Shown here one piece after another: positions 7,957 through 15,914 of a stretch of 21,792 nucleotides of DNA. The translations under genes were made by a program, and so were the position numbers. Position 1 is the stretch's first letter, and each line of letters begins with the position of its first letter. Under the pieces are notes generated by a model. That model had not been told where the DNA came from. It did not search any database and was given only the letters and a program-made list of their open reading frames with translations. The DNA comes from Candidatus Xenobia bacterium (GTDB lineage: Bacteria > Vulcanimicrobiota > Xenobia > Xenobiales > QWHO01), in assembly GCA_045863235.1 (NCBI GenBank), contig BTUM01000113.1, positions 1 through 21,792 of the forward strand, given 5' to 3'.

Positions 7957-9803
7957 GCCCGGTGGAAGAGCTTCTCCAGCGTGGCCTGATCCAGCCGCAC
8001 CCGGGTTGGGCGGCCGTGGGGGCAGTAGGGCGAATGCTCCACCTCCAGCAGCTCGCGCAGGAGAACCCGCATCTCGTGCTTCTCGAGGGGATCACCGGCT
8101 TTGACGGCCGCCTTGCAGGCCATCATGGCCCGCAGCCGCTCGCGCCACTCCTCGGCCGTGTGGTGGCGCACGCTGACCTTCTCCTCGGCCAGCTCCTCCA
8201 AAACGCCCCGCAGGGTGGGCACCGCCTTGCGGGCGGGAATGCCGTAAGGCACCGAGCGCAGCTGGAAGGAGTTGCCACCAAAGGGCTCCAGCTCAAAGCC
8301 CAGCGTCAGGAGATCGGACGCCCGCTCGGCGGCCAGCTCGGCCACCAGGGGGGAGAGCTCGAGCACCTCGGGGACCACCAGGCCCTGAGCCCCTTGCTCG
8401 AGCGGCGCCAGATGGCTCAGCCGCTCATACAGGATGCGCTCGTGGGCGGTGTGCTGGTCGACCACCCACAGCTCGCCGCGCACCAGGGCCACCAGGTAGG
8501 TGTCGTGCAGCTGGGCCAGTGGAACCGGCTCCTCGCTGGCGCTGGCCAGAGGCTTGAACAGCTCCAGCGACTGGGGCGTGGTGACGTAGCTCCTGGCCGG
8601 ACGCTCGCGTGCGGGAGGCTGGTAAGCGGGCGCGGGCGACCGGTAAGCTCGGCTTTCGGGCGGCTGCCAGGCTGGCCGGGCCGGCTCGGGCGGGTCCCAG
8701 GGCTCGGATCCCTGAGGAGCTTCCCGGACGGGCTCAGGCGGATCCCAGGGCAGAGCCACCGGCTCGGGCCGCTCCCACGAGGCGTCCTCGAGGGTCTGGT
8801 GCTGAACCGTGTCGGCGCCCTGTGCCTCCAGGCCCCGAGCCACCGCCCGATAGACAGCACGAAAGATGTGCTGGTTGCTGGCGAAGCGCACCTCGGACTT
8901 GGTGGGATGCACGTTCACGTCCACCAGCTCGCCGTGGACCTCCAAGGAGAGGATGCCCACGGGATACTTGCCCTTGGGGAGGAGCGGGGTGAAGCCCTCC
9001 AGCCAGGCCTGGGAGAGCAGGGCGGAACGAATGATGCGCCCGTTCACCAGCAGGAACTGCCCGGTGCGGTTGGGGCGGGCCAGAGCGGGCAGGCCGACCA
9101 GCCCGCGCACCGAGACGCCCTCAACCTGGCCCTCCACCGCCACCAGCTGGCCGGCGTCCACCTTCAAGAGCAGCCCCAGGCGCTCGGCCAGGCCCATCTG
9201 GGCCGGGAAGTGGAGCATCTCGCGTCCATTGGACACCAGGCGGAACTGCACGTGGGGCTGGGAGAGGGCGGCCTTGCCCACCAGATCGACCACCTGCGAG
9301 GTCTCGGCCGCCGGGCTGCGCAGAAACTTCTTGCGGGCCGGGGTGTTGAAGAACAGGTCCTCCACCGTGATGCGCGTGCCGGGCACGGCGGCGGCCGGAC
9401 CACAGCGCTCGATCACCCCTCCGGTGACCACCACCTCGGTGCCGGCCTCGGCCCCCGGCTCGCAGGTCAAGATGGTGAAGCGCGACACAGCCGCGATGCT
9501 GGGCAGGGCTTCGCCCCGGAAACCGTAGGAGTGAAGCGAGCAGAGGTCTTCCCAGCGCGAGATTTTCGAGGTCGCAAAGCGCTCCAGGGCCAGGCGCGCG
9601 TCCTCTGGCCCCATGCCACAGCCATCGTCTGAGACCGAGAGTGACCTGGTGCCGCCCTGCACCAGCTCCACCGTGACCTGACGAGCCTGGGCGTCGAGCG
9701 AGTTCTCCAAGAGCTCTTTGACGACCGAGGCGGGACGCTCCACCACCTCGCCGGCGGCGATCCGCTCGGCCACGCTCTTCTCGAGAATCTGCACGCGAGC
9801 CAT
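7953..9803 (-). CDS. mutL: DNA mismatch repair endonuclease MutL
   Basis: IAAGEVVERPASVVKELLENSLDA, GFRGEAL, LFFNTPARKKFL, VDVNVHPTKSEVRF; endonuclease motifs DQHTAHERILYE, ACK and CPHGRP; clamp motif QGLVVP. Start placed at ATG 9803 (MARVQIL). Confidence 0.98.
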   Translation of the reverse strand: MARVQILEKSVAERIAAGEVVERPASVVKELLENSLDAQARQVTVELVQGGTRSLSVSDDGCGMGPEDARLALERFATSKISRWEDLCSLHSYGFRGEALPSIAAVSRFTILTCEPGAEAGTEVVVTGGVIERCGPAAAVPGTRITVEDLFFNTPARKKFLRSPAAETSQVVDLVGKAALSQPHVQFRLVSNGREMLHFPAQMGLAERLGLLLKVDAGQLVAVEGQVEGVSVRGLVGLPALARPNRTGQFLLVNGRIIRSALLSQAWLEGFTPLLPKGKYPVGILSLEVHGELVDVNVHPTKSEVRFASNQHIFRAVYRAVARGLEAQGADTVQHQTLEDASWERPEPVALPWDPPEPVREAPQGSEPWDPPEPARPAWQPPESRAYRSPAPAYQPPARERPARSYVTTPQSLELFKPLASASEEPVPLAQLHDTYLVALVRGELWVVDQHTAHERILYERLSHLAPLEQGAQGLVVPEVLELSPLVAELAAERASDLLTLGFELEPFGGNSFQLRSVPYGIPARKAVPTLRGVLEELAEEKVSVRHHTAEEWRERLRAMMACKAAVKAGDPLEKHEMRVLLRELLEVEHSPYCPHGRPTRVRLDQATLEKLFHRA

Positions 9804-9879
9804 CGCCGGGGTTTCGCGTTGCCTGCGCGGGGCCCTTTCGAACAGAAGGAGCCAGCAACATGGATTCGAACTGGCCGGC

Positions 9880-10743
9880 ATGCAACGTAGAACCTTCCTT
9901 CAGGGCCTGGGAGCCATCACTCTGGCTGGCCTGGCCACCCCGGGGTGCGGAGACGTCTCCTCGGGCAGCCAGCGCACCACTCCCACCGCCCCGCAGAACC
10001 TTTCTCCCAGCCAGTCCCAACTGGCCGACGGACGCTTCGTCTTCCTCAGCGATGGAAGTCGTATCGAGCTCTTCCCCTTCCAGAACCTGGTTCGACTGCG
10101 AGCCGCCGATGGCTCGGTGCTCTTCGAGCAGGCCGGGCTGGGCGTGGGCGCCAATCAGTGGAACTTCCCCAATGACGCCAGCCCCGGACCGGACGGACTG
10201 ATCCTGGTGTGCGACTCGGGCAACAGCCGGGTCAAGATCCTCGACCGAACAGGCCTCCTGGTGGGAGTGCTGCCGATCGGCGGTTTTCCTGGTGGTGTGG
10301 CCTCCAGCGGCACCAACATCTTCGTCAGCAACCAGACCGAGAACCAGATCCTCACCTTCAGCTGGCAGGGCGGTGGGGCCCTTGCTGGCAACACGTTCGG
10401 CAGCCCGGGGAGTGGGGATGGCCAGCTCAACACGCCCAGCGGTATGGCCATCGACCCCCAGAGCCAGCTGCACGTGTGCGACTCAGGCAACCACCGCGTC
10501 CAGGTCTTCACCCAATCGGGCGCCTTCGTGCGCAGCTACCGCGGCGGTCTGACCCTGCCCGAGAAGCTGGCCATCGATGGCAAAGGCCTCTCCTACGTGG
10601 CTGACCCGGCCGAGTCCGAGTTGCAGGTATTCGATGCCAGCGGCGGCGCGCTGCCCTCGTTCCCGATCCCGGCCGGCATCCAACCGATCTTCGTCAGCCT
10701 GTCGCCCGACCTCGTCTTGTGGGTCACCGGCGCGATCTCCTGA
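9880..10743 (+). CDS. Tat-exported lipoprotein with NHL-repeat beta-propeller (287 aa)
   Basis: MQRRTFLQGLG twin-arginine motif, hydrophobic core and lipobox-like TPG|C; NHL repeats QWNFPND...VCDSGNSRV and GQLNTPSGMAID...VCDSGNHRVQVF. Start placed at ATG 9880. Confidence 0.9.
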   Translation: MQRRTFLQGLGAITLAGLATPGCGDVSSGSQRTTPTAPQNLSPSQSQLADGRFVFLSDGSRIELFPFQNLVRLRAADGSVLFEQAGLGVGANQWNFPNDASPGPDGLILVCDSGNSRVKILDRTGLLVGVLPIGGFPGGVASSGTNIFVSNQTENQILTFSWQGGGALAGNTFGSPGSGDGQLNTPSGMAIDPQSQLHVCDSGNHRVQVFTQSGAFVRSYRGGLTLPEKLAIDGKGLSYVADPAESELQVFDASGGALPSFPIPAGIQPIFVSLSPDLVLWVTGAIS

Positions 10744-10759
10744 GAGGACCTCCCCCGTT

Positions 10760-11026
10760 ATGAACCCCTTCCTCGGTGAAATTCGACTCTTTGCCTTCGA
10801 CTTTGCACCCGGCAACGGCCAGGAGCCCCTGTGGCAGCTCTGCGACGGAAGCCTGCTGCAGATCGGAGCCAACCAGGCGCTGTTTTCCCTGATCGGGACG
10901 ACCTATGGCGGAGACGGCCAGACCACGTTCGGGGTGCCCGACCTGCGCACCGCCAATCCCCTGGCCAGCAGCAACTTCGGAGCCTACTACATCTCCCTTC
11001 AGGGAATCTTCCCGGAGCCATCCTGA
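10760..11026 (+). CDS. Minimal phage-tail-collar-domain protein (MdpB-like), copy 1, 88 aa
   Basis: PFLGEIRLFAFDFAP..WQLCDGSLL.I..NQALFSLIGTTYGGDGQTTFGVPDLR collar signature and C-terminal YYISLQGIFP. RBS GAGAGG overlaps the upstream stop. Confidence 0.92.
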   Translation: MNPFLGEIRLFAFDFAPGNGQEPLWQLCDGSLLQIGANQALFSLIGTTYGGDGQTTFGVPDLRTANPLASSNFGAYYISLQGIFPEPS

Positions 11027-11057
11027 TCCAGCCTATTCTTGAGAGGAACCCTTTGCA

Positions 11058-11324
11058 ATGAATCCCTTCATCGGTGAAATTCGACTCTTTGCCTTCAACT
11101 TTGCCCCCGCCAACGACCAGAGCCCCCTGTGGCAGCTCTGCGACGGAAGCCTGCTGAAGATCAGCGACTATACCCCTCTGTTCGCCCTGCTCGGCACGAC
11201 CTACGGGGGTGACGGCCAGACCACGTTCGGGGTGCCCGACCTGCGCACCGCCAATCCCCTGGCCAGCAGCAACTTTGGCGCCTATTACATCGCCCTGCAG
11301 GGGATCTTCCCCCCCCGCTCCTGA
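11058..11324 (+). CDS. Minimal phage-tail-collar-domain protein (MdpB-like), copy 2, 88 aa
   Basis: Same signature; 72/88 residues identical to copy 1 by my count; own GAGAGG RBS. Confidence 0.92.
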   Translation: MNPFIGEIRLFAFNFAPANDQSPLWQLCDGSLLKISDYTPLFALLGTTYGGDGQTTFGVPDLRTANPLASSNFGAYYIALQGIFPPRS

Positions 11325-11327
11325 GAC

Positions 11328-12170
11328 TCAGGCCAGCAGCTGATCCACCCGAAGCAGCTCGAAGCTCTGGCGGGCCAGCTCCCTGAGAATGGTTGGCAGG
11401 GCCGCCACGGTGCAGCTCTGATCGCGCATGCCGTCGTGCAAGAGCACGATGTCTCCGCTGCGAGCCTGGCGCAACACGCGTTGGGCCAGCACATCGGGCG
11501 GGGGGTTCTCGAAGTCACGCGGGTTCAGGCTCCAGGTCACGGTGGCCTGGCCCAGCCGGGCGGCCTGGATCACGTTCCAGGGGTATCGAAAGCCGAAGGG
11601 CGGGCGGAACCACTGGGGCCAGATGCCGGTCACCCGCTCGATGCTGGCCGAGGCCAGGGCCAGCTCTTCGCGAGCCGCGCCGGGAGAGCGGAGCAGCAGG
11701 TTGGGGTGAGAGTGGGTGTGATTGCCCAGCAGGTGACCTTCGTCGAGGATGCGGCGGGCCAGCCCGGGATGGTGCAGCACCTGCGAGCCGACCACGAAAA
11801 AGGTGGCCTTGACCCCGAACTCGCCCAGGATGTCCAGGACGCGCTCGGTGTAAGGCGGCTCGGGGCCATCGTCAAAGGTGAGGGCCACCGCCCGCCGACC
11901 TCGGGGACCGTGCACGTGCACCCGGCTCAAGCCCGGGTTGCCCGGGTTGACCAGCGGGTCCAGCACGGCTCCCACCGCCACCGCCCCTCCGAAAGCCTGG
12001 GCCCAGCGCTCCAGGCGCCGGCCGGGAGGGGCCGAGAGGGCGTAGAGCCCCGCCAGCACGGCCGTGCCGGCCAGGTAGGCCTGCTGGTGGTGGTCGTGGA
12101 CCCAGCCCCAGAGCGAGCGGTCCTCGATCTCGGGAGTTCGGTCCTCGTCGGTCCGGGTGGAGGTCTGCAT
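11328..12170 (-). CDS. Membrane-anchored polysaccharide deacetylase (NodB/CE4 family)
   Basis: TFDDGP, KATFFV, HTHSH, FRPPFG and IVLLHDG motifs; N-terminal hydrophobic segments. Confidence 0.93.
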   Translation of the reverse strand: MQTSTRTDEDRTPEIEDRSLWGWVHDHHQQAYLAGTAVLAGLYALSAPPGRRLERWAQAFGGAVAVGAVLDPLVNPGNPGLSRVHVHGPRGRRAVALTFDDGPEPPYTERVLDILGEFGVKATFFVVGSQVLHHPGLARRILDEGHLLGNHTHSHPNLLLRSPGAAREELALASASIERVTGIWPQWFRPPFGFRYPWNVIQAARLGQATVTWSLNPRDFENPPPDVLAQRVLRQARSGDIVLLHDGMRDQSCTVAALPTILRELARQSFELLRVDQLLA

Positions 12171-12244
12171 CCGGGGATCTTGGCCCTCGGAGGGGAGCAG
12201 ACCTGCAGGTTTCTGGCCCCCGGGCGGCGCATTCTGGTGCCGTC

Positions 12245-12670
12245 GTGATCAAGCGCCTGCTCATCCTTTTGCTGCTCTGCCAGGTGGCCCTGGCCGGAGG
12301 CGACCTGGACGTTCGCCAGGGCGGCTCACTGTGGGCCCGGGTGGAGTCTCACGGCACCATTCGCCTGGGCGGCTCGCTGGCCGGCAAGTTCGAGTCCGAT
12401 GGCAGCGTGCGCAAGAACGGCTCGTTGGTAGGCCGGGTGGAGTCGGACGGCACGGTACGGAAGAACGGCTCCCTCTTCGGCGAGGTGGAGTCGGACGGCA
12501 CCCTGCGCATCGGCGGCTCGCTCTACGGACGCATCGAGTCGGACGGCACCATCCGCAAGTCGGGCTCACTCTGGGGTCGAGCCGAAGGGGTGGACGGCAG
12601 CTTCGACGACATGCGCCGGGTGGCCGCGGTGCTCTTCTTCTTCGCCCCCGACTTCGGAGGAGGCGGCTAG
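12245..12670 (+). CDS. Exported 16-aa-repeat protein, beta-flower-like (141 aa)
   Basis: GTG start; signal peptide MIKRLLILLLLCQVALA; five to six repeats of GSLxGxxESDGTxRxx; hydrophobic C-terminal helix VAAVLFFF. Confidence 0.85.
   Translation: MIKRLLILLLLCQVALAGGDLDVRQGGSLWARVESHGTIRLGGSLAGKFESDGSVRKNGSLVGRVESDGTVRKNGSLFGEVESDGTLRIGGSLYGRIESDGTIRKSGSLWGRAEGVDGSFDDMRRVAAVLFFFAPDFGGGG
12320..12589 (+). repeat. Coding tandem repeat, 48-bp period
   Basis: GAGTC (Glu-Ser) recurs at 12344, 12392, 12440, 12488 and 12536. Confidence 0.9.
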
Positions 12671-12671
12671 C

Positions 12672-14051
12672 TTGGCGCTGCAGGTGCGCGAGTCGGTCTT
12701 GCGGGGGGAGTTTGGCACCGACCTGACCACTCGCGTGGCAGCCCGCCTGGGGGCCGCCTTCGCCCGCTTCCTGCACGAGCGCCAGCCCCACGCCACCGTG
12801 GTGGTAGGCCGTGATACGAGGGCCTCGGGCGGCCCCCTGCTGCAGCACTTCCTGGGAGGCCTGTCGGTCTATCCCCTGCGAGCTCTGGACGCCGGCGTGG
12901 TGCCGACCCCGGCCCTGCTGGTGGCCAGCTCGGCCTGGTCGTGCCAGGCCGCGGTCATGGTCACCGCCGGCCGGGCCCCGGTGGACTGGAACGGCTTCAA
13001 GTTCACCCTCAACGGGCTTCCCTTCGATCAGGCCTCCATGAAGGCGCTCTATGAGATGTACAAACGCTCTCCCTCCCCTCGCCCGGCGCGACCGCTGCTG
13101 ACCAAACGCTACGGCGAGGCGGCCAGCCTGCACCTGGCCCGGGTGCTGTCTCACTTCCAGCTGCCCGAGCTGGAGAAGATGGATCTCCGCGTGGCCGTGG
13201 ACAGCGGCCGCGGTGCCGCTGAGGCGCCCGTGCTGGGCACCCTGGCCGCACTCGGGGCCAAAGTCTTCAACGTGCACACGGTGCGCGAGAACAAGTCGCC
13301 CGAGCTGGGCCTCAAGCCTCTGGCCACGCGGGTAATCCGCTCCTCGTGCCACCTGGGCGTGGCCACCGGCTGGGAGGGCCTGCTGCTCCTCTTGATCGAC
13401 GAGAAGGGGCGGCGCCTGACCCGCCACCAGACTCTGGCCCTGGCGGTGCGCTCCTATCTCGAGATGCAGCGAGAGAAAGCCCTGCTGGTGACCCCCAACA
13501 GCCTGAGCCACCTGGTCTGGCAGACCGCCCGCTTGCACCAGGCCCAGGTGCAATACTCGGGACCGCTCAACCGCGACATGCTCAGCGAGCTGGCCGGCCT
13601 GGACCCGGAGCGCCCGGCGCTGGGGCTCGACCTGAGGGGCGAGCTGACCTGGCCGAGCGTCTGCTTCTCACCTGACAGCCTGAGCACTCTGGTGCTGGTG
13701 CTGCGCTTGATGGCCCACCACAAGCAGCCGCTCTCCGAGCTGGTGGAGGAGCTGCCCCCTTACTCCAGCAGCGAAGGCCAGGTTCCCTGCGCCCAGGACC
13801 TGGGCCCCACCGAGATCATGGAGCGGCTGGCCACCTGCTACCAGGGGGCCCGCATCTCGACCTCGGCCAACCTGGAGAAGCGCCGGGATGCCTGGTGGAT
13901 CCGGGCCGATCTGCCGGCCGGGGGCTGGGTGGCGGTGCAGCATGCCTTCCGCCTGCCGGTGCTGGATCTGTGGGCCGAGGTGCCTCAGCCTGAGCGGGCC
14001 GAAACGCTGCTCGAGGAAGTGCAGGGCCTACTGGGATTCGTCCCGGTGTGA
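12672..14051 (+). CDS. Phosphohexomutase (PGM/PMM/GlmM)-fold protein with degenerate active site
   Basis: VVVGRDTRASG, GVVPTP, NGFKF and VAVDSGRGAA scaffold motifs are intact, but the catalytic motifs are replaced. TTG start 1 nt after the upstream stop. Confidence 0.88.
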   Translation: MALQVRESVLRGEFGTDLTTRVAARLGAAFARFLHERQPHATVVVGRDTRASGGPLLQHFLGGLSVYPLRALDAGVVPTPALLVASSAWSCQAAVMVTAGRAPVDWNGFKFTLNGLPFDQASMKALYEMYKRSPSPRPARPLLTKRYGEAASLHLARVLSHFQLPELEKMDLRVAVDSGRGAAEAPVLGTLAALGAKVFNVHTVRENKSPELGLKPLATRVIRSSCHLGVATGWEGLLLLLIDEKGRRLTRHQTLALAVRSYLEMQREKALLVTPNSLSHLVWQTARLHQAQVQYSGPLNRDMLSELAGLDPERPALGLDLRGELTWPSVCFSPDSLSTLVLVLRLMAHHKQPLSELVEELPPYSSSEGQVPCAQDLGPTEIMERLATCYQGARISTSANLEKRRDAWWIRADLPAGGWVAVQHAFRLPVLDLWAEVPQPERAETLLEEVQGLLGFVPV

Positions 14052-14471
14052 CAGGCTGAAGTAGCCGCCGGCCGAGTCGTCCAGGCGGCTCCAGACCACC
14101 CGCTGGCCGACTTCCAGGATGGCAGCGCTGTCTCGAGCGACCACCATGGTCATCGTTTGCGAGCCGCACCAGCGCAGCACCTCGAGCTTCATCTCTCGCT
14201 CGGTGCCGTACCAGTCGTCTTGCGTGCTCCAGGCAAGGGTGCCGTCTTTTTTGAGCTGCAGCCTCCCCGTCAGATCGTCTACACCGTAGTCCACGGTCAG
14301 ATCGGGGCGCACCCACAGCAGTTGCTGAGTGGTCCCGTTATCCACCATCCAGTAACCCACCAGCCGGGCCGGTCGTGGACCTTGCTGGCAGTGCCCCTGA
14401 TGGGACATCCCGAGCATCAAGACCAGGGCCGGGATCAGCATCCAGCTCCACAGCTTCTTCACGTCCATCAC
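14028..14471 (-). CDS. Exported hypothetical protein (~147 aa)
   Basis: Signal-peptide-like KKLWSWMLIPALVLMLGM; LVGYW beta-barrel-like start; TACAAT -10-like box just upstream; 24-bp convergent overlap with the mutase homologue. Confidence 0.7.
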   Translation of the reverse strand: MMDVKKLWSWMLIPALVLMLGMSHQGHCQQGPRPARLVGYWMVDNGTTQQLLWVRPDLTVDYGVDDLTGRLQLKKDGTLAWSTQDDWYGTEREMKLEVLRWCGSQTMTMVVARDSAAILEVGQRVVWSRLDDSAGGYFSLSHRDESQ

Positions 14472-14618
14472 CTCACTGCCATTGTAGACAGGGGGTGTGG
14501 CTCGGACCAGGGGAAACGGCGGCTCAGATTCTCATCAGCTTCAGCATTCCTTCAGGATCTTCGCCGCTGATCCGTTCGCAGGTTTCAAGGCGCCTGGCCA
14601 GGAACTTCTGGAGGGAAG

Positions 14619-15911
14619 ATGGAGACTCGCTTCCTCCCCGTCCATGCGATCCAACCTCTTCAGCTGGCGGCCCGACAGCCGGCCAGCTCGGCTGGCCCAT
14701 CCGGCGATCCCCTCGACCTGGTGGTAACCTCCGGCACTCCCACTCCCGAGCGCACCGAGCCCCGCGCACCCGGCCCGGAGCGAGTGCCTGCATCCAGCGC
14801 TCCCATGGTGGTCACCATGGAGGACCCCCCGCGCGGGCGACCTGCCGGAGTAGTGCTCGAGTCGACCTCGCACCTGGCGCACCCGGAGATCCTCCCCGTC
14901 CTCAACGGCCATCTCGACGCGGGTCGACCGGTCGTGGTGAGGGGCACCACCGGCTCGGGCAAGAACGCCCTGGTCAAGGAAGCTGGCCGCGGCGGCGCTT
15001 ACGCTCGGATCGGTTGCGCGAGTGACCTCGAGTGGGGCCGCTTTGCCCCCCAGCCCGGGGGTCAGTTCGCCTGGCAGGACGACCTTCTGGGCGAGGCCCT
15101 GAGCCGACCGGGGCTGGTGCACCTGGACGAGATTCACCTGCTCAGCCCGGCCGTGCAGACCCAGCTGGCCACGTTGCTGTCCACCGGCGAGCTGGCCGTC
15201 GAAAATCGACCGCTCACCTTGAAACTGCACCCCGAGACCAGGATCGCGGCCACCCTTCACAAGGGGGAACGGCTGCAAGACGACCTGGCCGAGGTGCTGG
15301 GCGTTCGGCAGCTTCCCTTGGAGGTTCAGCGCATGCTGGATACCGCCTCGCAGGTGGCCGCCTGGGCCCGGCAGGAGGGACGACCGCTGCCGCTCTCCCC
15401 GCTCGACTGCCAGACCGCCCGCCGAAGCTCAGCTCCCGTCAGCCAGGTGGACGAGGCCCGGGTGGACCTCGAGTTCCTGCACGAGTTGCACCGGGCCAAC
15501 GATGACCTGGCGCCGTCCGACTTCAACCGCGCTCTGGGGGCCGACCCCGACCCGGTGCGCGAACAGATTCGGGCCTGGAAAGAAGACCCGCCGCCCTGGA
15601 TGGCCGAGCTGGCTTCGCAGTGGCCAGGCTACCGGAACCTCGAGCACGGGCTCTGGAGGCTTGCCCAGACGGCGCCCGAGCGCGGGGAGTTCTTCACTCG
15701 ATTGGTCAAGGCCCACGAGGGCGATGTCGAGAAGTCGCTGGCCAGCCTGACCCGCGTACTGGCCTCGGAGCGTGCGCCCGAGCAGGCCCTGGAGAGCGAG
15801 CTACAGGCCCTGGCGGGATTTCCCGAACCGACCGCCGGAAGCGGGTTACGCCTGGATTCAGGCGGCCTCACCGTGGGAGGAACCTTCCTGCGCAGGCGCA
15901 GCCGTTCCTGA
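14619..15911 (+). CDS. Hypothetical protein with a divergent AAA+ (MoxR/dynein-related-like) domain
   Basis: RBS GGAGGG; Walker A-like GTTGSGKN, FAWQDDLL, Walker B LVHLDE and LHPETRIAAT; disordered N-terminus and helical C-terminal half. Confidence 0.75.
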   Translation: METRFLPVHAIQPLQLAARQPASSAGPSGDPLDLVVTSGTPTPERTEPRAPGPERVPASSAPMVVTMEDPPRGRPAGVVLESTSHLAHPEILPVLNGHLDAGRPVVVRGTTGSGKNALVKEAGRGGAYARIGCASDLEWGRFAPQPGGQFAWQDDLLGEALSRPGLVHLDEIHLLSPAVQTQLATLLSTGELAVENRPLTLKLHPETRIAATLHKGERLQDDLAEVLGVRQLPLEVQRMLDTASQVAAWARQEGRPLPLSPLDCQTARRSSAPVSQVDEARVDLEFLHELHRANDDLAPSDFNRALGADPDPVREQIRAWKEDPPPWMAELASQWPGYRNLEHGLWRLAQTAPERGEFFTRLVKAHEGDVEKSLASLTRVLASERAPEQALESELQALAGFPEPTAGSGLRLDSGGLTVGGTFLRRRSRS

Positions 15912-15914
15912 GCT

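Larger units (their letters stand above)
10741..11324 (+). repeat. Tandem gene duplication, period 298 bp
   Basis: Both units begin TGAGAGGA. They share identical blocks of 26, 33 and 65 nt (for example 10913-10977 = 11211-11275). Confidence 0.9.

Noticed and set aside
9844..10201. AGAAGGAG followed by ATG 9860 opening a 113-aa ORF
   Set aside because: It is out of frame with the clear Tat/NHL gene and its product is not protein-like. A regulatory upstream start cannot be fully excluded.
10760..11324. Prophage remnant or DGR template/variable repeat pair
   Set aside because: There are no other phage genes or reverse transcriptase in the window, both copies are intact genes with an RBS, and the differences are not adenine-specific.
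12672..14051. Annotation as active glmM/manB, or as a pseudogene
   Set aside because: The catalytic Ser and metal Asp residues are absent, but the ORF is full length with no frameshift.
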